Shown here: piece by piece, positions 18,566 to 31,660 of the stretch
How the letters are laid out: each line of letters begins with the position of its first letter
How positions within the stretch are numbered: position 1 is the stretch's first letter
Assembly: GCA_963693365.1 (NCBI GenBank)
Contig: CAVNZM010000005.1
Span: 3,409,716 to 3,473,715 of the forward strand
Source of the DNA: Amoebidium appalachense
Lineage: Eukaryota > Protista > Ichthyosporea
Length of the DNA: 64,000 nt
Direction of reading: 5' to 3'
Made by a program: the position numbers and the translations under genes
The notes under the pieces: generated by a model
What the model was told of the DNA's origin: nothing
Database searches by the model: none
Seen by the model: the letters and a program-made list of their open reading frames with translations, nothing else

Positions 18566-18808
18566 GCTATTTTTAGATATAGAGATTCCATGGCCACATG
18601 GCCAGATGGCCAGATCATTTTGCTCACCGTTTTATCCCGTTTTATCCACCTTTTTCCACACACTGAATTTGACCTGGCCATCTGGCCATCTGGGTAGAGA
18701 CCGTTTTCTGTTCTAATATTGGAGAACTGTCTGATGGTGATAGCAAATGTCATTCGAAGAACAATCGGGAAACCCCGTGGTGTGACAACCAATCAGAATG
18801 AAGCAATA

Positions 18809-19042
18809 TTGGGATATTCGGGTTGGTTGTAAGGTTTTCCGGGTCGGGCCGAAGGCCCTAACGGGCCGCAGGCCCGTCTATTGGGCCATAGGCCCTAGGC
18901 CGCGAGGCCTGGGGCCTGGGGCCCCGGGGACCGGGGGCCTCCCCACCCCCGCGAGCCACCCCCGGCCCGACCCGGCCCGGCCCGGCCCGCGGGGGAGGGG
19001 GTTAGCAGCCGGAAAACCTTACAACCAACCCGAATATCCCAA
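18809..19042. repeat. 234-bp foldback with a perfect 34-bp inverted repeat and GC-rich core
   Basis: TTGGGATATTCGGGTTGGTTGTAAGGTTTTCCGG (18809-18842) and its exact reverse complement (19009-19042). Confidence 0.93.
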
Positions 19043-19334
19043 GCAGCAATTTGTAGATAACCACACAGCCAATCACAATGCAGATAAATAAAGATTCACG
19101 GAATCGATTGGTCAGAATACTTTTACGGTATTTTCCTGGCGTCGGTGGGTCTCTGTCTGGGTGGTCGGCCAATTGCAAGGGAATTTGGGTTGACAAGAAC
19201 GTCTGCGGCCATGCGGCCTCCGATCGACGGTCCACCAGGAATCGCGGACCCTGGGCAGGGGTAGTTGTGCAGCCACTCAAAATTTGTAAACTGTATTCCA
19301 AACATACGTTGAAGTTGACGGATGTTGGTTTCAC

Positions 19335-19716
19335 AGTGTGGATGCTAGTGTCTCGTTGGGTATGATGTTGCTTATATAAAGAAAGAGACCGTATTTACGT
19401 GCTTTCTTGTTCTTGGAGTTTTTTTTTGTTGCATGTCTTGCCACACCCGCACACATGCATATGCAAGGAGTACCACACACGTGCACACGGGGTCGTCCAC
19501 CCGCACACATGTGCATGGAGTACCACACACGTGCACACGGGATCTGCCTCTGTGGTACTCCTTGCACATGTGTGCGGGTGTGGCAAGACAAGCAGCGAGA
19601 AAAAAACCCCAAGAACAAGAAGGCACGTAAATACCGTCGCTTTCTCTATATAGCAACATACCCACCACGACACCAACATCCACCAACCAATACACACACA
19701 CACACACATACACACG

Positions 19717-19775
<59 letters not shown>

Positions 19776-19778
19776 ACG

Positions 19779-19853
<75 letters not shown>

Positions 19854-20699
19854 CTTTCTCCTCTCTTCCCTTTATATCCCCCTCTCACCTCCCCCCCCCC
19901 CCCCCCGCCCCCCCTCTCCCCCCGCTTCCACCATCTCTACAAACACATCTTGGAAACATCTCAGCATGTTCTTGTAATCCGAATCTGTCGAATAAGTGTT
20001 ATTGTTCAACACCCACCAGTGAAGTGCATAGTTCAGCGCTGCATTGCTTGCCACATCCGCACACATGTGTAAGGAGTACCACACACATGGTGACAACTTT
20101 CTTCTCTCTTACCTTAACCCTCCCCCCCCCCCCCCCCCTCCCCAGCTTCCACTCTCCCTAAAAACACATGTAGACAACTCCTGCTCCTGCAATCTCTGCC
20201 GATTGAGCTTTATCGTTCAACACACACCTGCGATCTGCTTAAACATGCAATCTGCCACAAAGAGTCTCATAAAAGTACACATGTACGACCAACAATGCAC
20301 ACACGCCATCAGATATATGCACACGAATGTTCGAGCCTGCTGCTTTCTAGCATAAAAATAATTAAACAAAAAACAAAAATGTGCATTTCATAGGTTTGTG
20401 CCCAATCTTAGTAGTCACGATAATTTTTGTTTTTTGCAAAGGCGCCATATACTTTTCTGGGCTGGGTCACATAATAAATTTATTCAAATTTAATTAAGAG
20501 CGACTCTATGGAGACGTGGAAACAAAAATTCCTTGCACATGTGTGGGGGTGGCAAGACATGCAGCGGGGAAAAAAGAAAAGAAAACCCCCAAAAGCAACT
20601 TAAAGAAGGCACGTAAATACTGTCGCTTTCTCTCACGGTATAGCAACACTGTGGTACCCAACTTGAACAACTTGAAGACACCAACATTCACCAACCAAT

Positions 20700-20760
<61 letters not shown>

Positions 20761-21200
20761 AACAAACACACACACACACAAAAACGCGCATTCGCATACA
20801 CACACATATGCAAAACAGACACACACGCACACATTCCCACACACATGCACACAACTTTCTCCTCTCTTCCCTTTACGTCCCCCCCCCCCCCGCTTCCACC
20901 ATCTCTACAAACACATTTAGACACATCTCATGTTCTTGTAATGTCTGTTGAAAGAGTATTATTGTTCAACACCCGCCAGTGGATTGCAAAGATTACTTCC
21001 GCGCTGCATTACTTGCCACACCCGCACACATGTGCAAGGAGTATGTACCACACAGTGTATGCAAACAACTTTCTCCTCTTCCCTTGACCCCCCCCCCTCC
21101 CTCCCTCCCCCCCCCCCCCCCCCCCCCCCTCCTCCACTTCCGAGCTCCCTAAAAACACGTACATGTAGACACCTCCAGCCTCCTCAGCAACCTCTGCCGA
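19335..21200. mobile_element. Cluster of MITE-like non-autonomous repeats (two ~510-520-bp copies plus an inverted partial copy)
   Basis: 19558-20080 and 20531-21042 are similar to each other. Each is bounded by CCTTGCACATGTGTG..GTGGCAAG and its complement. 19335-19480 is an inverted copy of 19550-19690. Confidence 0.6.
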
Positions 21201-22394
21201 CTGAGCTTTCACTGGCACATGTACACAGGCTGCGATCTGAAGGCTTCGGAAGTGCAAACTACCACAAAGAGCCTCATCATCCGGTACCAAGACCCCTCTG
21301 ACCCAAATTCCGGAATTTGACCAGCTAGGGCCTGTATTTCAATGCCCACAAAAACCATAATAAAAACACATAAATAAATCAAAGCTAAAAAATAGTTGCT
21401 GTATACATGTATCAAAACCGAATTAATAAGAAAGTACGGGTGTTATTAGTAAAAAACTCCCAAAACGACTGTCCCAAAAGGCACCCGCGAGGCACGTACG
21501 CGAAGGGTACGTATCGGGGCGCCAAATTGCGGAACGGAATATGCGATCATCCGACGGTTCCGCGAGGGAATCACTAAAAAATGGGTGCAACATTCGTTAT
21601 TTCGGTATAAGTTTTCATAAAGTTTACAGCCAACAATGGAATGCTCATTTAATGAGCAAAATTGAAGAACTTTAAAACCGATTCCTGCTGTGATTGGCTA
21701 TTTAGCGTCCTCATTTTTTATCAAAACGTTCGGAAATTTAAATCATTAGAGGACCCAGTGCAGAGGGGATAGTCACCGGCTAGCTCTTGAAGGGCTAATG
21801 AAATCGAATCAAAACACAGGAAAGCACAATTGATATTTAATAACTGTCCGCCTTCGTAGACCAAGATTTAGGGGTTTTACAAGGCGCCGAAAATGAGTCT
21901 TCATTTTACAAGGCGCCAAAATAGGTCTTCATCTGAAATAAAAAACGCGAACGATTATTAAAATTCCTGGGACCAAATGTTTTTATTCTACTTTATTTTT
22001 GTCACAACTCAAAGAGCAACAATATGCAAACATTCCGAAACAGTACACCTCCTGCTTAGATAGCATTTTCGGTTGTAACCCAACCGAACATACTTTCATG
22101 GGTATTAGGTGGATATGGCCAAACATTCCTGGCATTCCGTTGTATCATAGCATACCTTGTCTGTGTGTACAGTAGCAGGCAGGGATGACGTCATGGCGAA
22201 GACGCAAATTTCATATGCACTAGTGCTCTGACGGTATAAAGATACTGGCAGCCGAATGCGGGGCTCCCGTCTGCTAAAAAGGGGCCAGAGGCCATGCCCC
22301 TCTCGCAAAAAACGTTTTTATGCATGTGCTTGTGTTGAAGTGCGTGCTGTGTGTCACAGTGTGTGTGCGTGTGTGTGTGTGTGTGTATGTGTGT

Positions 22395-22455
<61 letters not shown>

Positions 22456-22641
22456 CATGTCACAATAACGGTGCGTGCACGGGTAGTCTATTTAGATCTA
22501 CGGTGTGTGTGGGTGGGCGGTGTGTATATGGGTGTATATCATGGTGTGTGTCTGGTGTGCACGTGTGTGTGTGCGCGCGCGTGTGTGATCTAGTTGCGTG
22601 TGTGCGGTGTGTGTGTGTGTGTGTGCGCGTGTGTGTGCATC

Positions 22642-22674
<33 letters not shown>

Positions 22675-24794
22675 CTGTGTGTGTGTGTGTGTGCACATGT
22701 TTGTGTGCACGAAAAAGAGAGATTGAGAGTGTGTGTGTGGGTGTGTGTGTGTGTATGTGTTTGTGTTTCTGCCGGTGTGTCTTTTTTTTTTTTTTTTTTT
22801 GGTGGGGGGGGGGGGGGGAGGGGGGGGGAGGGGGGGGAGGGGGGGAGGGGGGAGGGGGGAAGGGTGTTGATAAACACTCTTCCCACGGCAACTTGGGACA
22901 GAAAGAGTTTCTTTGTATATGGGTGGCCTTATGGTTTTAGACACATGACCAAACAAAAATTGCAGGGTGGGGGTTCCACCCTAGTGGTACCGTGTGGGCA
23001 TGTTTCATCCACAACGCAGGCAGGCTCGGAGAAAAAGACATGGGTATGGTTGACTCCCCTACCTCGGGGGGGAATCACCATACGCCCATTTCCAGAAGGA
23101 CACTGCACCACCTGCAAGCAACTAAAAACTGTCAGCATGTGTGTTTGTTTTGCACATTCAGTGTGTGTGTGTGTGTTGAGTGTATGTGTGTGCAGCATGT
23201 GTATGTGTGTGTGTGACTGTGCTTGTGCGGAGTGTGCGTGCGTGCACGTGTGTGGGTTGTGTGCTTGTTATTGTGTGTGTGTATGTGTGGGTGGGTTTGT
23301 GTGCGTATGTACAAGTGTGCAGATGCTTTTGCCTATAAAAGAACGTGTGCGTTATGTGCGTGCCAGCAGACAAGTGTGTGAGCAAGCTTTGCTTGCACGT
23401 GTTTATGACTTGTCAACATTCAAGTGTGTGCGTATGTGTGCGCACGTGCGTTTGTGTTTGTGTGTTTGTGTTTGTGGGTGTGGGTGTGCGATGTGTGTCT
23501 GTGTTTTTCTTTTTGGTTTGTGGTGTTTGTGGTATTCTGTTGGTGCTTATGCTTGCCCATGTGTACGCGTGTCATGCACGTTTGTGTATGAGTGTGCATG
23601 CGTGTGCGTATGAGTGTGCATGTGTGTGTGTCTGTGTGTGTCACGGTGTGTGTATGTGTGTGTGTGTGTGTGAACGAGCGTGTGCACGTGTGTGGATCTG
23701 GTTGCCTGCACGTGTGTGTATGCGTGCATGGTGCGCATGTGCACGTGTGAATGTTTGCCCATGTGCGCGCGTTTCAGTCATGCACGTGTGTGTATGTGTG
23801 TGCAGGCGTGTGGGTCTCTTTTTGTGTGTATGTGTGTGTGTGTGCGTGTGTGCGTGTGTGTGTGTGTGTGTGTAGTGCATGTGCACGTGTGAATGTTTGC
23901 CCATGTGCGCGCATTTCAGTTATGTGTGTGTGTGTGTGTGAACGAGCGTGTACACGTGTGCGGATCTAGTTGCCTGCACGTGTGTGTATGCGTGCATGGT
24001 GCGCATGTGCACGTGTGAATTTTTGCCCTTGTGCGCGCGTTTCAGTCATGCACGTGTGTGTATGTGTGTGCCGGCGTGTGTGTCTCTTTGTGTGTGTATG
24101 CGTGTGTGTGTGTGTGTGTGCGTTTGTGTGTGTGTGTGTGTGTGTGTGTAGTGCATGTGCACGTGTGAATGTTTGCCCATGTGCGCGCATTTCAGTCATG
24201 CACGTGTGTGTATGTGTGTCCAGGCGTGTGTATCTCTTTGTGTGTGTATGTCACTCTGTCGCGCGCGCGTGCACGTGTGCGGATCTGGGTGCCTTGTACC
24301 TGTGGTGCTGCAGAAGGTGCAGCCAGCAGCAGCAGAAAGAGCACGAGCGAGAAGACCACGCCCAACGCCTTACCGACCACGCCCAACGCCTTACGCGGCG
24401 TTCCTTTCAAAAAACCCCCAATTGCTTCTATTAGTATCCGCAGTAAGTCGGTCGACCACTATGCAAAAACAAAGCGTTTTCTTCTCAGTTTTGCCCTCCG
24501 ACGTCTGATCAGGCTCCAATCATCATGATCACGGAAACGGTATTTTTACCGCGCTTATGCTGTTCTTTGCCAGGTATCAACGCTAAACCGGACATCTCGA
24601 TTCGCAAATCAAGGTACAAAAAAAAAAAAAAAAAAAGGTACACTCCAATAACATTGAAAAGCCCCAACAAAATATGGTTCGACACCATATTTACCTAAAT
24701 TACAGATTTAATATAAACTAAATGATTCCCGATTTCGCTGACAGGGTAACAATTACCATCTAGTTACCGCGCTCCTGGAAGCGAATCCAATGCG

Positions 24795-25160
24795 TTATCT
24801 CTCATTCCATTGACCCAGGAGCCAATCCAATCGAGTTTTTGAAAGTGATTTTTGTCCACCTTCCCCCGCCCAAAAAACGTTACCGGTGACCACCCCCCCC
24901 CCTTCCAACCCTGTGCGAAATGGGCACCGTATGCAGAATAGAAAGGGCCAATACCAGAAATCTGGCGATTCCTGGTGACAAATGCGTCCGGTCAACGCCA
25001 AGGGTAGAGAGAGTGTGTGTGGTCTGTTGGACATCGTGTTCATAGAAGCTAGTTCTAGTGCACGTTGTTCCTTCTGTAAGTCAGAAATGATTGCATCTTG
25101 TGAGGCCAACCTCTGCTCCAGTAGTTGGACTAGTTGCTGCAACTGTAAGTTGTCAGACAT
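24795..25160 (-). CDS. Possible coding exon with an N-terminal coiled coil
   Basis: MSDNLQLQQLVQLLEQRLASQDAIISDLQKEQRALE with TATATAAAG ~120 nt upstream. The 3' part looks non-coding. Confidence 0.35.
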   Translation of the reverse strand: MSDNLQLQQLVQLLEQRLASQDAIISDLQKEQRALELASMNTMSNRPHTLSLPLALTGRICHQESPDFWYWPFLFCIRCPFRTGLEGGGVVTGNVFWAGEGGQKSLSKTRLDWLLGQWNER

Positions 25161-28100
25161 AGTGTCGTGTATGATGGGTAACTTGTCTATGTGTTTTGTG
25201 CACTGAAAACGACAGTAGAAAAGTGTAAATCAAACTTTGAAACGTTCTGCTTCCCATGTTTGTGACATGGGAGGCACTGCTTTATATAGTCGTTGGCCAC
25301 CTCATGGTGGCCTCGTGTGCACCCTGGTGGTGGGCCATGTACAGCATGGCCGAAAAGAGAGCACAATGAAAACAAGTCGTTAAAGATATAAAAGTTAACT
25401 GTGCACGTTGAGTGGCTAGTTAACTTGCACTAAAGCACACAAATAAACGTGTTTAACACACCAATTGCAGTTAAACGTAAATCTTACTTCACACAACTAA
25501 AAATATTCTGAGAATATCCGGGAATAAAGCACACTACCACTCTAAGAATAGAATCCTGTGGCAAATATAGACATGACATCATCTGAACCGGGAATATTAA
25601 TTAATGAGCACAATTAGCACGTTGCTAGTGAAGCTCGTCATTGGTACAGTTTTGGCTCAAACATATAACTACCATATATGAATATGACCGTAAACAAAAG
25701 CTCTATGCACTCGAGTGAGTGTTGAAACAATTATTCAATTGCTCAGAAACTTTCTCTAACAGACATTGCTAGCCGGGAGTACCAGTGTACTCCAACATGG
25801 TCATCTGCACAGACAACAGTGGAGTGGCGTGTGGGATGGGGCGCCAGGTCCTGCGCCCACTAGCTAGCTCTTGGCGTGTGTGGTATGCTTTAGCTTACTT
25901 ATTCCGAGTGTGTGGGTGGTGCGCCTTCATGGCCTCACCGCGGGCGGGTTTTTTCCTCCCTTCTGTGCTAACGGGTATTTTGGCTGAAGTACCTAGTTTA
26001 GGACGAAGAGGGTGTTGCCTCACTACTGTAGGTTCTGCCTGCGCAAAACCCGCTCCAATAGCTGCGCTGAGGAGAGTAGTCGTTAGTGCGGCTTGAAAGA
26101 GTATAGAAGTAGACTTGGTGAGAGTTTGTAGGTGAAGTGAGCGTAGTGTTCTGTTCCTTTAATCGGTGTTCTTGTTCAGCCAGTGACCGTTGTTGTGTGC
26201 TGCCGATGGGAGGCCAGTACGCATCTGTGTTTTGCATTGTGTCTTCGTGCGGAGCCTTTGGCTATACGCCGTTGTTGCTATCGAAAGTGTCCACAAAGTA
26301 GGTTCCGTTGTGACACCCGTAAGTTCACGCGGGTCGCTGCCAGTACTTCTTTACGGAGTCGATCTCAGCTATTTACTCGGTCATCGCTGTCGGGAAATAA
26401 AGTCCATTATAAAAAAAACTCTTACAGTGATACAGTACGACTGTGTCACCGCCGACTCACCGGGCTCTGATCTTTTGTCATGCTTTTTCTGAGAGCATGA
26501 GGCCATGATATGATATCAGGGGGCGCCCGGGGGTGGGGGGGTGGGGGGGGGGGGATGGGGATGGCTGCATGGGGGGAAGGTGGTGGCGGGGGGCGGGGGA
26601 GGGGCGGGGGGGGGGGGGGGGGGGGGGGGGCTGTCTTTGCTGCCCAGATCCTGCCAACCCATAACGAAAATCGCAACCCCTTTGGCCCAGGATTAAATCG
26701 AGCCAGTGTAACAGGCAAGTAAAACCGGCTGGTCCGAATGCACAAAACACGTATACGTACGTGCGTACAACAACACTACGTACACGAGCGGTCACGTACA
26801 ATGCTATTGTACTACTGTGATATGTGCCGTTATTTTGTGGTAAGCATTACTCATGTGCTTGCATGTCTGTTCTTTTTCCACACACGGACGTGAAGGCTTC
26901 AGAGCTCATGATCAACGGGAAACCTTTGATCAAGATGCATGATGATCTGTGTTCTTGGTGCATGGTGCATATACTCTCAAACACGAGCTTTGCATCTATA
27001 CCTCAATGTACTGGGAACGACAAACCCCGTTTCGAGGCAACAAAAAACCTGATTTATACTTCAATAGAAAATTTCTTTAAATTTTGGCGCCTTTTGCACA
27101 TATATTTGTCTTGGCGAAGGATTCCTCTGAAGATCTCACTGGAAGTTGGACAGCCCTTTATACCAGGGCTTGAAGGTCGCGTGAGTGTGGCAGTTTATTT
27201 GAAACCGTGTGTACGCTGTGGGGGCTCGTTCGCACTGCCATGGTGTTTGTAAGGCTTACCATTTAAGTAATTACGCACTTTTCAAGCAACTGCAAAACCA
27301 AGCCCTCGGCCTGCAGCTGATGCGCCGAAAGCGCTTACGTGCACCTTAGCCTGCCGTCCACACAGCCTTGCAGAAACGGATGGGGATAACATAGAATGTG
27401 GGCACAGTTGTAATGAAGTGTTTTTTTTCCAAGCCATTTCACGTTACAATATATATGTGCGCACACCACTACATGTACACAGACAACAGACACCCCCTCA
27501 TGATCAGTTGTTTTCCTGCAGAGTATGTACTTTTTTTTTTTTTTTTTGGAACCAGGCTGAGGTTCCCGCCTAAAAGTCAAAAGCAACCAATGAAAAAATC
27601 ACCCGCCATGTGCATACTCATGCGCAAGTTAACCAACAAACCAAAAATCCGATACTTTGGTGAGCACATGGTTAGCTGTGATTGGCTTATAAGATGGACT
27701 ATCTATTTTAAATTTAACTGATCATCTTTGATTCGCTATTTTTGCACTTAGCGCTTTACAAGTCACATAAGATCAAAGCGCTAAGCAACTGTGCCGCAAC
27801 TGGATGATGTAAGCAGATCTTTTCCCGGATTTTTGCCCAGACATCCCCCAGAAGACATGAAGAGTTAAGGCAGCAAAAAGCTGATTATTCATGTTTGCAC
27901 AGCGCTTTGAACTTATAATATAGTGTCTAAGTAAATCTTTTATAAGCATATTTATGGTTTTTTTTATCTGTATTCTGTTTTTATGAGCTTTTATGTGGGC
28001 ATTGTCTGAGAGCCCCTCCCTCAATCGTTTTGGAAAGCGAAACATATTCCGCAACGGTAAACTAGGCCGGTATCTCGGCAACTGTGGAGTCAGCGGCAAG

Positions 28101-28836
28101 TAGACTGTCTTCCATAGCAATCCATGTGTGGCAGAAATAGCAGCGTGCGCCAATGATTCTTCCTACTTTAATGTTAACTCATTGTGATTAGTTTCCAGTC
28201 ACGAGCTCTAATCTCATGCGCTCGCAGAAGGAATCCGCCTCCGTGCCGGTATAAAAGTTATGACGCGGCCACTTCACTGATGGGTGCGTTCGGGAAATCA
28301 AATTTTTTAGTGTTGACTGATTGATAGAGAGGGCGGACATTCATGTTTGTGCTCACTCGGAACAAGGGACAGGACGATTTTTCTGAATGACCGTCTGACG
28401 AAGACGATACAGGCTACGACTTTTGGTCGGTACATCCAAGGCCCCTACCCCACCTGTCAACGCAGTGCACACGTTTGTACTCCTGCTTATCGGGAACAGA
28501 CTGTGTGAAGGAAACTTGCGAACGATACACAACGCTAGCACCAAGTGAAGTGAATTATATACGAACGAAAGATATTCCTACTACTAATTTTAGTGTTTCT
28601 CGAAGACGTTAGATATCTACTTGAACCTTGCGAATCATCGCTTGCTAGCACGCCTCACGTTTGCAACGAAGGACTGCAGCTGCCCGTACGCTACACCTTG
28701 TGTGCACCTCAACGTGCCCGTGCTTTTTTTTGACTTGTGTCGTGCAGTGTGACAATTTATTTGTTGCACTCCTTCTAGTCTCTTTATTCTCGCCATCTTT
28801 CCAACTTTTCCTCTTTTTTTTCGTGTGCCGTGCACT

Positions 28837-29575
28837 ATGGAAACCTCTTCCTGGACCCCCTCTCCACCCCAGTATGATGAAGCTGAGTACCTGTTGCGTC
28901 TGTCGTCCCTGAAACTAAAGTCAAGGGGACACAGAACGCGGCTGGTTAGCACCGTTCTCATTCGCAGTGTTTATCAGAGGGCCTTGGGCGTGGTGTCAAG
29001 CCCTACGCGCTCGCCTGAGCAAGCATGGGGTGACGATGTGAAGCCTTCCCCACGTCCCAGTATGTGGGATGTGGTGGACAAGGAAGAGAACCAGCGAAAA
29101 CGGAGGAGAGAAGACGATGAGGAGTCTCTTTCTAAGAGGCAGCGTGATGATGAAGACATGCTGCTAGACGAGGATACAACACCTCCGTCTCCTCCTACCG
29201 TGGATGCTGAGACTCTTGCGGCTCTAGAGGTGAGCATTGTTTTGTGTTTGCTTTTCTCGTTCTATTCCTTTAGCTGCTTTCTGATGGTGTGCAGTTGTGC
29301 ATCTCCATGTCATAGCAGTCCTTTTTTTACTCTAGTTTTGTGTGGTTCCTTTTGCATTTTTGTATGCATTTTTTTCACGGTTAGTTCGTTGGCCTGTGGA
29401 CGTGGGATACTTCTTTATTCCATTTTCCCGGAAAAGTCGAAATATCACGTGCTTACTTTTTTCCCCCTTTCTGCAGGCTGCTGCCCTCCGTCCTCCTGAA
29501 GACGATGAGGACGATGATAGTGCTATGATGCTTGGTATCGAATACCACCTCCGACGAATGGCTGCTGCTGAATGA
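28837..29575 (+). CDS. SERTA/IER-like domain protein, two exons (28837-29229, 29477-29575)
   Basis: EAEYLLRLSSLKLKSRGHRTRLVSTVLIRSVYQRA resembles the SERTA/IER helix pair. It has an RKRRR NLS-like motif, and a phase-0 GTGAGC...CTGCAG intron keeps the frame. Confidence 0.65.
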
Positions 29576-30472
29576 TATAAACATGAATGAATGATCCTGG
29601 TGCTGGTCACCTAATTTTTTTAGCGCACTTTCCCATGGTTCTTGTGGAGAGTTGTACTGGTAATATAAAAAAATGAATGATTCTGAGCTGTAGTTCTACT
29701 GAAAATATGGTGAACAATATGGCGTGTGTAAATAAAGTGATATTTTTGTTCCCTGGTGGGACAAAAACAAGTGTGGTTCTTGTGTCTCGATTTCTACAGC
29801 ACGATATTTTGAAGATTCTTTTCATGCCGGAGGTGAGTCATGGTCCGTGGGCAAACCATAAGTTCCAGGCCCACGGACCATGTGTTGGGAAGGTGTGAGT
29901 GGAGAGGTCTGATGCTGCGTCTGCTAGATCTGCGTATGCATACAAAGGTCATAAAGAGAATAGTCATAGTGATAGTACGTACAATTTAATATTGGTGTAA
30001 CTGAACACTGCTATACTGTTTGTTTGCCCAAAAATGAATTATGGGGAGGCAGTTTAGTATCACTGACAAACAGCAACACAGGCTTTCTCCAGTACAACGA
30101 TAGTTTGCGCATTCACAAGCAGGCATATAGCCATAGGCTTGCAACATGCGCAATGCCTGTGCATGTGTAATGCTATGTTGTCGGTGGTGCACTTTCGCGG
30201 TGTACAATATGCCGTCGAAATGTACATGCAACAACTGCACGTGTGTCAGGTGAGGCTGATCATATTGACAAATGTCAGACAAAAAGGCACCAACGTAAAT
30301 GTGCCACTTGCAATTTCGAAGCACTACGTGTGGGTGCACCAGTGGCACATGGATGAACTTGCATGCGATGTGATGTACATGGGGCGTGGCAATTTACAAT
30401 GCCCCACATGGATGTCACAGACATGGGTACATAAATGCGCGCAAGTTGCCACATAACACGTATTCTTTTGTG

Positions 30473-30711
30473 ATAATTCTGCTAATTAGCAGAATATTTC
30501 TGCTTTTGCAGAATAATTCTGCTTTTGCTGAATAATTCTTCTTTTAGCAGAATAATTCTCCTTTTTGCAAAACAATAGAGTTCTGTTATTTGAAGAATAA
30601 AGCTGCTCGGAACAAGTTGACTCTGCCTATGTGGTTGGAACACCCACAAACACACACGTGCACACAGCACGCGCAAGCGCACACACGGACACACACATGC
30701 ACGTGTACACA

Positions 30712-30804
<93 letters not shown>

Positions 30805-30816
30805 ACACACGCTGTG

Positions 30817-30847
<31 letters not shown>

Positions 30848-30849
30848 GT

Positions 30850-30891
<42 letters not shown>

Positions 30892-31165
30892 TACGCATAA
30901 AAGGAAGTGCCCGTGCAGGCGCATGGTATGTAGGTGTCGAAAAAGACAAGAATCTCTGCTATCATGATCACTTGGCTGTTCTAGCCACGGTTGGTTTATC
31001 ATAGTCCAATAATCATGAACTAGGCCTAATAAGTGGCCAGAACTTATGCATAAGTACTAGTGTGGGCAACGTTAACAGTGGTTGCTTGCACTTCGGCAGG
31101 GCATCACAGCCTACATCCGCCCCCTTTTGCCTGTGTGTCTGTGTGTGTGTGTGTGGTGTGTGTGT

Positions 31166-31200
<35 letters not shown>

Positions 31201-31660
31201 GGGGGGACACCCGCCTTTCCGTCTCCTCTTTCCCCTCAGAATCCCCCTAAGTTGCACCTTGAAATGCATTTGCAAACGAGAGCCCAGCCACACCGGCAGA
31301 ACTTGGCAACTTGCTGCGGGGTGAATTTTCAAGAAATATTCTGCGGAAAGCGGAATGATTCTGCAAAAACAAGAAACTTTAAGTCTTGCTAAAAAATATC
31401 TTTTACTTTCTACAAAGGCAGAGCTATAATGCTCAAAACAGCCTTGTTACTCTGATTCAAGCAGAATCATCCTGCAAAAACAGATGAAATGTATATCGTA
31501 GTTGTGCTCCAGTGTGCGCAGTTTGTTGAACTATTCTCCGTTTGGCCGAATAATTCTGCTCGAAGAAGAATAATCCTGCTGCTAAGTGCAGAATAAATTT
31601 CAGACCGCTAACTGTTTTCGTACATACATGTACAACTTGTATTTTGCAGAATTATTCAGA
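30473..31660. repeat. Two clusters of the near-palindromic motif GCAGAATAATTCTGC
   Basis: Several copies at 30473-30600 and 31330-31660 flank a microsatellite-rich core. Confidence 0.6.

Larger units (their letters stand above)
1..19050. mobile_element. Endogenous virus-like element (NCLDV/Polinton-like-virus-type gene content); right-hand part, left end probably outside the window
   Basis: About 15 closely packed, apparently intronless ORFs, including a D5-like helicase, Bro-N-like, PD-(D/E)xK, Fic and patatin genes. It almost lacks the long (CA)n and poly-G tracts that dominate after ~19.7 kb. The right boundary is approximate. Confidence 0.75.

Noticed and set aside
25785-27060. Possible hAT transposase fragments (ICTDN; CMVHILSN)
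   Set aside because: Only two very short motif-like matches about 1 kb apart, with no supporting frame or TIRs.
27773-28153. Possible tyrosine recombinase fragment
   Set aside because: No R-H-R-Y catalytic arrangement is recognisable.
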